From Nitrospirota bacterium (lineage in GTDB: Bacteria; Nitrospirota; Thermodesulfovibrionia; Thermodesulfovibrionales; JdFR-88), in NCBI GenBank assembly GCA_021789935.1, contig JAJYIR010000001.1, forward strand, positions 75,807 to 139,806: a stretch of 64,000 bases of DNA. Direction: 5' to 3'. Shown piece after piece: positions 8,218-17,077 of the stretch. The notes below the pieces were generated by a model. That model was not told where the DNA came from, did not search any database, and was given only the letters and a program-made list of their open reading frames with translations. Position 1 is the stretch's first letter; each line of letters starts with the position of its first letter. A program made the position numbers and the translations under genes.

Positions 8218-9622
8218 CGAATTGAAAAAGGCATTTGAAGCTTATTTTGAGCTTGTAGTAAAAAGACTTCGAACCACTGAAGCTATTGATCTTCGGGGAA
8301 AAGTTATTGAACTAGAAAAAGATCGATGCTTTGAAAATCTTAAATGCGTGGCACAGAATGAGTTTCCTCAGTATAACGATTTTAATCCACGATTTATAAA
8401 TAGACATCACCTGCGCAACCCCAAATTTGCGAAGAATCATTATTTTGATGAGCTTGCTGATCACTATTTGCCTAATTTTTTCCGTAGGTCGCAATGCTAT
8501 CTTGATATCTGCAGAGGCGAAGAATTGGATAAGGTAAACCTTTACCTCAGCTTCTGTAGCGCCTTTACTAACAAGAAGACGACGGTCCTAAATCTTTTTG
8601 CATTTGAAAATGTGGGATTCGATGGATTTAATATGGATTTCAAAGATTTTTCAATTCGTCGATATGATTCAGCATTAGAAGAACGATTGGAAGTGGATAA
8701 CAGTAGGATATTTTATCCTGAATTAGTATTGCCCAATATGAAGGATTGCTGGCTCGTTTTAATAGAAGATATTGATAATTTACCTTCAGAAGAAGATCCT
8801 GACATTGAAAAATATGAACTTTTACCTGATTATTCAGCGAAAGTAAAATCGATTTTGCGCCTTATTTCTTTATATGACTGGAATTCTCCAAATGAAAGCA
8901 GCTATGAACGGACAACCAGAGAAGCAAATGCAAAAGTAAAAATCGATCAGTTTTTCAGAATTTATGAAAAAGTGGAATTAAAACGTGTATTGATATTAAG
9001 CGATGACCTGTTAGCGCCACCATATGATTATATATCCTCTTGGAAAGGCGCCCGGCGCCCTTATAACGATATAAATACTGATGATGACACCAAAATAAAG
9101 GATATGGAATTTTATGAAATACGGTCAAACGATTTTGCTGATGAATTAAAAGAAATTCAAAAAATTTTATTCCATATAGAAGAAAATTTTGCCGATCATG
9201 AATTGATTAATAATATCAAATTAGCCGCCGATTATTTATTGAAAGCGTTCTCCTGTAATGGACTTGAACAGTTACTATGGCACATAATTGTACTCGAAAG
9301 TCTTGTGGGTGAAAATAATAACAGAATATCTAAAACCATCAGGAGAAGAATTTCGGCAATTTTAGCTGGTCCAAATCTTGGAAAAAACAAGATGGCGGAT
9401 CTGATTTATAATTTACAGACTTTTAGAAATAATCTTGTGCATGGAAGTCCATTGGAAGAATCAATTTTAGCCGGTCACCTTCATCAGGCGCGGCATTTGG
9501 CGCGGGCATCTATAATATGGTTTTTAAATTATTTGAACGAAGCAGTCAAGCAAGGACATATAATGCCGAACCGGAAAGATATACTTGATTTCATAGATGA
9601 AGGTAAGCATGCTTTCGAATAA
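8210..9622 (+). CDS. 470-aa protein with a C-terminal HEPN domain (RNxxxH), Apea/ApeA-like architecture; predicted RNase effector
   Basis: The C-terminal ~130 aa appear helical and carry TFRNNLVHGS (R406-H411, nt 9425-9442), which matches Rx4H with N after R. The start overlaps the upstream stop (ATGAGTAA). Confidence 0.65.
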   Translation: MSNELKKAFEAYFELVVKRLRTTEAIDLRGKVIELEKDRCFENLKCVAQNEFPQYNDFNPRFINRHHLRNPKFAKNHYFDELADHYLPNFFRRSQCYLDICRGEELDKVNLYLSFCSAFTNKKTTVLNLFAFENVGFDGFNMDFKDFSIRRYDSALEERLEVDNSRIFYPELVLPNMKDCWLVLIEDIDNLPSEEDPDIEKYELLPDYSAKVKSILRLISLYDWNSPNESSYERTTREANAKVKIDQFFRIYEKVELKRVLILSDDLLAPPYDYISSWKGARRPYNDINTDDDTKIKDMEFYEIRSNDFADELKEIQKILFHIEENFADHELINNIKLAADYLLKAFSCNGLEQLLWHIIVLESLVGENNNRISKTIRRRISAILAGPNLGKNKMADLIYNLQTFRNNLVHGSPLEESILAGHLHQARHLARASIIWFLNYLNEAVKQGHIMPNRKDILDFIDEGKHAFE

Positions 9623-9656
9623 GCATCATTCCGTCTGTGAAATTGCGGAATGATGC
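9623..9656 (+). terminator. Perfect 11-bp stem hairpin immediately after the HEPN gene stop
   Basis: GCATCATTCCG (9623-9633) pairs with CGGAATGATGC (9646-9656) across a 12-nt loop. There is no U-tract, so it could also be an IS-end structure. Confidence 0.4.
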
Positions 9657-9920
9657 ATGAAGAACGAATGCCGCGACACTACAGGCTATGTCCTTTCAAT
9701 CCCGCCCGTTTTTATTTCTGATGGGACAAATGAGGTTTTTTTGGAACTGCGCGATAGGATTTCCGCCCGATTCGGACCATATTGAACAGATAAAAAGGCT
9801 CTGGACGCCACGGTAGCCGAATAATCAGGCGCTGAGGCTGGATTTTAGGCAATAGGGAGCCGCGGCAAGAAGTTTTATTTTTTTCGCCTGGCCCTGATCT
9901 GAAGCTTTTTCTGCCTGTGC

Positions 9921-11123
9921 TCATAGTGTGCATTCCAGCGGGGGCCCGTTGCAGGACGGATACAGTATCTCCACGGTGACCATTCTGCCTTTTTTGCAAA
10001 CGGGGCAGAGGGTGACATCGATGCCGGAGACCCTGAGTAACCATTCCTGCCATGTTTCGTGAGGCTTCCTGGCTTTTACTTCGACCTGTGAGCTTCCGAG
10101 AAGGTGACGAGCCAGAGAGATATAGTATTTGCGAAGGCGGTTTGCCAGAATCCCGTAATGCCGGATTTTGACAAAGCGGCTGGGAAGTATATGCAGGAGG
10201 AACCTTCTGATGAACTCATCGGCATCAAGGGTCATTACCTTGTTTTTGTCGCTGTCCGCGTAGTCGCGCCAACGGAAAGAGACCCTACCATCCTCCAGCT
10301 TCAGGATGCGGTCATTACTGATAGCCACCCTGTGAGTGTATCTGCCCAGATACTGAAGTGCGCCCTGTGCGCCGTTAAACGGGGGTTTGCAGTATACAAC
10401 CCATTTCTTGTCATACAGCTTTTTCTGCAGCCTTTTGAAAGCGTAGGGGTCCTCAAGATACCCGGTTTCTCCAGGGAATGAGAGTTTGCCGGAACCATAG
10501 GCTTCCTTCAGGTAATCCAGGAACTTGCCCTTGAACAGTTTGGACATGACCCGGACCGGGATGAAGAACTTTTTTGAGGACGATATCCATTTATCCTCTG
10601 CAGGGGACAGCCCGCCGCCGGTTACTATGCAATGGATATGCGGATGGTCCATGAGGTTCTGTCCCCATGTGTGGAGGACACAGGTGAAGCCGATATTGGC
10701 GCCAAGGTGCCTGGGGTCTTTGCCCAGTTTCATGAGGGTCTCCGAGACCGAGCGGAAAAGCAGACTATACATGACCTTCTGGTTGCTCAGGACAATGGGT
10801 TTAAGCTCGGCGGGGATGGTAAACACTACATGAAAGTACGGAATGGGCAGAAGGTCTTTTGCCCTGTCCCAGATCCATTTCTCTTTCTGCAGGGTCTGGC
10901 ATTTTGGGCAATGCCGGTTACGGCAGGAGTTGTACGACAACCTGACGTTGTCGCAATCTTCATTGTCGCACTTGTCCCTATGCCCGCCAAGCTCACTGGT
11001 CCTGCATGCCTCGATGGCATTCATGGCCCGATGCTTGTGCGGCGGAAGCTTATGGGACTCCCTGTACCCGGGGCCGTGCTGGCGGAATATGTCCGCCATC
11101 TCGACGCCGTATGCGGCCCTCAC
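9921..11123 (-). CDS. tnpA: IS91 family transposase (HUH, Y2)
   Basis: N-terminal zinc-binding region CRTSELGGHRDKCDNEDCDNVRLSYNSCRNRHCPKCQ. HUH motif HPHIHCIV. Tyrosine pair YLGRYTHRVAIS. Confidence 0.9.
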   Translation of the reverse strand: MRAAYGVEMADIFRQHGPGYRESHKLPPHKHRAMNAIEACRTSELGGHRDKCDNEDCDNVRLSYNSCRNRHCPKCQTLQKEKWIWDRAKDLLPIPYFHVVFTIPAELKPIVLSNQKVMYSLLFRSVSETLMKLGKDPRHLGANIGFTCVLHTWGQNLMDHPHIHCIVTGGGLSPAEDKWISSSKKFFIPVRVMSKLFKGKFLDYLKEAYGSGKLSFPGETGYLEDPYAFKRLQKKLYDKKWVVYCKPPFNGAQGALQYLGRYTHRVAISNDRILKLEDGRVSFRWRDYADSDKNKVMTLDADEFIRRFLLHILPSRFVKIRHYGILANRLRKYYISLARHLLGSSQVEVKARKPHETWQEWLLRVSGIDVTLCPVCKKGRMVTVEILYPSCNGPPLECTL

Positions 11124-11128
11124 TTGGG

Positions 11129-11962
11129 CTAAAGCCGTTTGTCGATAGGACTTGCCACCTGGGAGAGGGCCAGTTGACTTACGTGCAGGTAGACGGTTGT
11201 CGTTGTCGGGGACCTGTGGCCCAGAAGCAACTGGACATGGTGCAGGCTTATTCCTGCTTCAATCAGATGCGTGGCAAAGCTGTGCCTCATGGTATGGGGA
11301 GTGACCGGCTTTGTTATGCCGGCCTTTTCCACCGCGTCCAGGAAAACTTGCCGTATCCCGCTTACGGTCAGATGCGTGTTTTCCTTGTATCCCTCGAACA
11401 GCCATTCTTTGGGGCGGTAAAGCCGCCAGTACTCCCTCAAGCAAAGAAGCGCTCGTTGTGAGAGGATGGTATAGCGGTCCTTGCCTCCCTTGCCCTGCCG
11501 CACATGCACCATCATACGCTTGCTGTCGATGTCGGTTATCTTCAGGCGCGCCGCCTCGCTTATCCTCAGGCCCGAGGAATACATGACAATCAAAAGTGCT
11601 TTGTGCTTTATATTCTCCGTGACTGAAAAAAGAGCCTCGACCTCCGAAATGGAAAAAACGACTGGAAGCTTCTTCTTGCCCTTTGGATACCGGATATCAT
11701 CGACAATATCCTCTCGCTTCAGGGTCGTCTTATATAGGAACTTGATCCCGGCGACATAGTTCCTGTACGTCCCCACCTCTATTCCCCTGTCCTCAAGCAG
11801 ATGAACCAGATACTCTTTCACTTGCTCCTTGTTCAGGTCCGCAGGCGACTTGCCAAAATGCTTCGCAAGATTGCCGACCTCTCTCAGGTATTTCTTCTGG
11901 GTCGGCGTCGTGATACCGCTTAATTTCATGTCCTCCACCATCTGCTCCCTAAGCTCGCTCAT
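11129..11962 (-). CDS. Tyrosine recombinase / phage-type integrase associated with the IS91 transposase
   Basis: Catalytic residues in GLRISE, HTMRHSFATHL, LLGH and TVYLHV. AAAGGAG SD. 5-nt gap to tnpA. Confidence 0.9.
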   Translation of the reverse strand: MSELREQMVEDMKLSGITTPTQKKYLREVGNLAKHFGKSPADLNKEQVKEYLVHLLEDRGIEVGTYRNYVAGIKFLYKTTLKREDIVDDIRYPKGKKKLPVVFSISEVEALFSVTENIKHKALLIVMYSSGLRISEAARLKITDIDSKRMMVHVRQGKGGKDRYTILSQRALLCLREYWRLYRPKEWLFEGYKENTHLTVSGIRQVFLDAVEKAGITKPVTPHTMRHSFATHLIEAGISLHHVQLLLGHRSPTTTTVYLHVSQLALSQVASPIDKRL

Positions 11963-12397
11963 CGCAATCTCCTTTGAAACGAAATATTCGCCAGCTCATG
12001 CCAGCGGTACGGCAATAGGAGATTGTATGAAAAAACCTACGGACAGATATGAAGGACGTCTTTATATGGAACGAGCAGGAAAAAACGTGATCTTAATCAG
12101 AACAGGCGTGGGGCGCTAAAGCTACCGCGGAGCGGTTTCGTTCTTCTAGCGATAATCAACACAATCTAATCGATTCCAAAAACGAAAATTGTGGCCGTAA
12201 CACGCGCCGGAACCTTGCTCCCTAAAAGTTGCATGTACTGGACGTACATCTCATCAGGGGAAGCTGCCTACGGAAGGCGGGTTTTTGCCGGCAACGGCCA
12301 CATCGCCATAACCGGAACGCGTGCCAGCCCCACGGGGTTGATCCGGATCGAGATTCCCTGCACAAGCCGCTGGGAATACGTTCGTTATCCATTTAAA

Positions 12398-12431
12398 GGC
12401 AGAGGACGTTCTTCAGCCTATCTCCCCTGCC
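12398..12431 (-). terminator. Hairpin downstream of xerC (weak terminator candidate)
   Basis: On the minus strand GGCAGGGGA pairs with TCCTCTGCC (one mismatch) and is followed by TTTAAAT. It lies 11 nt after the xerC stop. Confidence 0.3.
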
Positions 12432-12441
12432 CTTCAATCGT

Positions 12442-13377
12442 TCACTCGTCCGCAAGGGGGTGGGCTTTATCGTATACATCCATCAGGTGCGCAATGTCCA
12501 GGTGCGTGTACCTTTGCGTAGTGGAGAGGCTGGAATGGCCAAGAAGCTCCTGTATCACCCTGAGGTCCGCCCCGGACTGCAACAGATGAGAAGCGAACGT
12601 ATGCCTTAAGGTGTGGGGGGTGGCCTTTCTGCCTGAAAACGCCTTTACGGCGCATCCAACCACGACGCGCCTTATGGACCGTTCGGTCAGCCTCCGCCCG
12701 GACCTGTTGATGAAAAGGGCCCCATTTGAGTTTTTTTCCGCTCCGCCGGCCGCCTGCCTTCTCCCTTTGCCCGTTAAAGTCCTTTTCAGAAGAAACCGTT
12801 CCAGTATATAGGCGCGGAGCGCCGAGACCGCCTTGCCACCGACGGGGACAAGCCTTTCTTTTTTACCCTTCCCCCTGACCTTGCACATCCCTTCCTTCAG
12901 GCTCAGATCGTCCATGTCCAGGGCCGAAAGCTCGCCCACGCGCAGGCCGCTTGAATACAGGAGCTCCAGCATGGCCCTGTCTCTAAGCGCCATGAAACCC
13001 GAATTCCCCGGAATTTCCATCAGGCCGAATGCCTCATCCACGGTGAGGAACCCGGGAAGCTTTTTTTCAGGCTTCGGCGAGCGCATGAGCCTTGCAGGGT
13101 TGGCATCCATGTGGCCCTCCCTGTTCAGGAATTTAAAAAAAGACCTGAGGGTGGAAAGCATTCTGCCCACGGAGCTTTTTTTGAGCCCCTTGTTCACGAG
13201 AAAGGCGGTAAAGGCCCTTACGTCCGAAAGTTCCACCTCTTCGGGCCGCACTTTCCATTCGTTAAAAAAGAGCGTCAGGTCCGTCCGGTACGCCCTAAGG
13301 GTATGAACGGAGGCGCCCTTTTCAATCTCCATGTATCTAAGGAATTTTTCTACGAGCTCGCCGCTTTTTTCTTCCAA
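12442..13377 (-). CDS. xerC: Tyrosine recombinase XerC/XerD family
   Basis: N-terminal SAM-like domain (FLRYMEIEKGASVHTLRAYRTDL). Catalytic region with GLRVGEL, HTLRHTFASHLL, LLGH and RYTH. Contains an extra Gly/Arg-rich insert (LTGKGRRQAAGGAEKNS). Confidence 0.85.
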   Translation of the reverse strand: MEEKSGELVEKFLRYMEIEKGASVHTLRAYRTDLTLFFNEWKVRPEEVELSDVRAFTAFLVNKGLKKSSVGRMLSTLRSFFKFLNREGHMDANPARLMRSPKPEKKLPGFLTVDEAFGLMEIPGNSGFMALRDRAMLELLYSSGLRVGELSALDMDDLSLKEGMCKVRGKGKKERLVPVGGKAVSALRAYILERFLLKRTLTGKGRRQAAGGAEKNSNGALFINRSGRRLTERSIRRVVVGCAVKAFSGRKATPHTLRHTFASHLLQSGADLRVIQELLGHSSLSTTQRYTHLDIAHLMDVYDKAHPLADE

Positions 13378-13425
13378 AAAGGTGCCTCCGCTCTGCTCAA
13401 ATCAAATCAAAATGCCCGGTTTTCA

Positions 13426-14124
13426 TTACGAAAAAAGTTTAAAGAAAATAAATGTAAGGGCCGAGCCGAGAGCCCCGCCCGCCAGGACCTCGAAAGGCTC
13501 GTGAATCTTTTTTTTCACACGGCTTCTGGCCACCGCAAAGGCGAGCACGAACGTCATCAGGGAGACAAAGAAACTGCCGGTAAGGTAGGTTATCGACACC
13601 CATACGGAAAAGGCCAGGGCCGCGTGGCCGCTTGGCATCCCTCCGGCAAGCGGGTGTCCTTTGCCGAATTTGGCCTTAAGGAGCACGACAGAGATGAGCA
13701 CGAACACGAGCGCCATCATGGCGATGTCCTGCCCCGCGTGTTTTGCCACCTGGAAACCCTGCCCGAACAGTTTCCCGATGTAGGGGTAAAGGATGATAAT
13801 GCCCACAACGGCAACGCCGCAGGAGGTAATAAGGACCGCGCCCGCGGCAACATCCTTGGCTATGCGGGCCTTTTCGTTTGGCTGGGGGCAGACAATGTCC
13901 ACAGTGGCCTCCACCGCCGTATTGAACATCTCGGCAGCCAGCACCAGTATTACAGAAACGGACACGATAAGGAACTCTATCCTGCTGACGCCAAGAACGA
14001 AGCTCATGAAAAGCACCGCGAAGGCGGCGTAAAAGTGGTAACGCAGGTGTCTTTGGGTCTTTGCGGCATGCAAGACCCCCTCTATGGCAAAACCGGCGCT
14101 CCTAATCCAGGCGTTCAAGGGCAC
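13426..14124 (-). CDS. dgkA: Diacylglycerol/undecaprenol kinase (DgkA) fused to a PAP2-type phosphatase module
   Basis: N-terminal half matches DgkA (EMFNTAVEATVDIV). C-terminal half carries PAP2 motifs (PSGH and SRVKKKIHEPFE). Confidence 0.75.
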   Translation of the reverse strand: MPLNAWIRSAGFAIEGVLHAAKTQRHLRYHFYAAFAVLFMSFVLGVSRIEFLIVSVSVILVLAAEMFNTAVEATVDIVCPQPNEKARIAKDVAAGAVLITSCGVAVVGIIILYPYIGKLFGQGFQVAKHAGQDIAMMALVFVLISVVLLKAKFGKGHPLAGGMPSGHAALAFSVWVSITYLTGSFFVSLMTFVLAFAVARSRVKKKIHEPFEVLAGGALGSALTFIFFKLFS

Positions 14125-14602
14125 TTATCAGCTGCCTTTCCTTTCTTCTCATCCTTCCGGCCTCTTTTTCGCTTTTCTCATGGTCGTACCCCAGCAGGTG
14201 CAAAAAGCCGTGCACCAGGAGGCGGCGCATCTCCTCCCCAAGGGTGGCCCCGTAAAGCGCGGCGTTTCTTGCGGCCACCTCCGGACATATAACGATCTCC
14301 CCAAGGATGAAAGGGACTTTTTTTGATTCCCCCTCCGCCATCAAAGAGCCCGGCTGGGGGCCTTCCCGGCGAAGGTGCTCCAGCTCTTTTTCCTCATAGA
14401 AGGGGAAGGACAGGACATCGGTCGGCTTGTCCGCGCCGCGGAAGGAGCGGTTCAGGGTTTTCATTCGCCCCGCGCCTGAAATGATTACTCCCAGTTCAGC
14501 TTTTTTGAGGCCAGACCATCGAAGCAGCTCTAGGGACTCTTTCCTTATCCGGCTGCTGCTTAACCGTATCCGCCTTTGGTAGTTGGCCAACTGTACCGGC
14601 AC
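14102..14602 (-). CDS. ybeY: Endoribonuclease YbeY (rRNA maturation)
   Basis: DVLSFPF and the zinc motif HGFLHLLGYDH. Confidence 0.9.
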   Translation of the reverse strand: MPVQLANYQRRIRLSSSRIRKESLELLRWSGLKKAELGVIISGAGRMKTLNRSFRGADKPTDVLSFPFYEEKELEHLRREGPQPGSLMAEGESKKVPFILGEIVICPEVAARNAALYGATLGEEMRRLLVHGFLHLLGYDHEKSEKEAGRMRRKERQLISALERLD

Positions 14603-16032
14603 TATCCGCCTCCCTGTCGAAATCGAACCCTGGATAGTCTATCCTCTTATGGAGTATCCCGTTCAGAATGTAGATGAAACGCTGTTTTATCTTCTGGATG
14701 TCCTTGAGCGTAAGCTCGCAGTTATCAAGCTGGCCCTCCAGGAATATATGGTTTATTATTTTACCCACAAGGTTTGAAATGCGGGCCGGCGTGGGGTCTC
14801 CCAGCACCCTGGAAGCGGCCTCCACGGCGTCCGCCATCATCACGAGGGCGGCCACTTTCGTCTGCGGCGGCGGGCCGGGATATTTGTACTGGTCCGCGTT
14901 AAGGTCTTCGGTCTTCTCCCTGGCCTTCTGGTAAAAATAGCTTATGATGCTGTTGCCGTGGTGCTGCTGGATTATGTCCACCACCGTCTCGGGCAGCTTG
15001 TATTGTTTGGCAAGCTCTGTGCCTTCCTTCACGTGGGATATGAGTATCATGCTGCTCATATGCGGAGTGAGCCGCTCGTGCTTGCTTGCGCCGCCCGCCT
15101 GGTTTTCAATGAAATATTCCGGCATCTTTATCTTGCCTATATCGTGATAATAGGCGCTCACCCTTGCCAGAAGCGGGTTTACCCCAACCTCCTCGGCGGC
15201 CGACTCCACCAGGTTGCCGACGATTATGCTGTGATGGTAAGTGCCGGGGGCCGTTATCATCATGGTCTTCATAAGGGGATGCTCCAGGTTCAGGAGCTCC
15301 AGCAGGCTTATATCCGTGGTGACGCCGAACAAATGCTCCAGGATGGGCAGCGCCAGGGACACCACAGCCGTCACCGCCACAGCCCCCAACGCGGCGAAAA
15401 GCACTGAGAACCCGGCCGCTGCCGTAAAAAATCTGCCGCTCCAGAGCATTATGAAAGACGCTGTGAGCACATTCACGGCCAGCAGATATGCCCCGCCCTT
15501 CAGTATCTCCGTCCTTTTTTTGCAGCGTATCACGCTGAAGGCCGCCGTCAGGCTGCCCATGAAGATAAATACCGTGTAGTCCGCGTCTCGCAGCCAAAGG
15601 CCTCCCATAAGGCTGATAACAAATGAAAACATTATCGAGGTATGGGAATCGAAGAGGAGTATGGCAAGCATTGCGCCGGCTGCGAAGGGGACCGCGTAAA
15701 TAATGCTCCCGTGGGGAAGCTCAAACCCCTTGGACATGCCAAGGAGCATGAAATCGGCCAGCCTCGCAAGAAGCAGCGTCCCGGTTATGAGGACGCCAAG
15801 CAGGATGAGGTTTTTGGAGTTCGAAAGGAACCTGGGCTTATACCTGGCCATGTCCCTGTAAAAAACCATCATCAGGAGCATCGTAATGAGAAAGGCCCCT
15901 GCTAGCCTTTCCGGCCTGAAGCTGGTGATTATCGAAAAGGAAGATACAAGACTGAAAAGCGCCATGCAGGTATACATGAGGCGCTTCTGTCTTTTGTCTT
16001 TCTCTTTTTCCGCAGATCCCGCGGACAGGCCG

Positions 16033-17016
<984 letters not shown>

Positions 17017-17077
17017 TAAAAATACCGGGGGGGGCCGCCTTCTCGCCTTTTTCTGTTTCCCCTAAAATCAGAGAGCT

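Larger units (their letters stand above)
9659..12146 (-). mobile_element. IS91-family element carrying a tyrosine integrase plus an HUH/Y2 rolling-circle transposase (boundaries tentative)
   Basis: Two adjacent minus-strand genes. GAAGAACGAA at 9659-9668 recurs as its reverse complement TTCGTTCTTC at 12137-12146. A GTTC tetranucleotide on the element strand sits at the end downstream of tnpA. Confidence 0.55.

Noticed and set aside
12233-12257. A hammerhead-ribozyme-like CUGAUGA followed by a perfect 6-bp hairpin (minus strand).
   Set aside because: The segment after the hairpin is GCAAC, not the required GAAA core. I could find neither a stem I/III arrangement nor a cleavage-site triplet.
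12250-12300. An SRP (4.5S) RNA-like GGAAGG/GGAAGC stretch with flanking complementary ends.
   Set aside because: The conserved domain IV sequence (AGGUCCGGAAGGAAGCAGC) and its symmetric-loop pairing cannot be reproduced here.
12334-12365. GGGGTTGATCCGGATCGAGATTCC resembles the 5' end of tmRNA (GGGGCUGAUUCUGGAUUCGAC).
   Set aside because: A full tmRNA of about 350 nt would run through the xerC coding region. I saw no tag-reading frame, no T-arm and no CCA-type 3' end. At most it is a fragment, which I cannot support.
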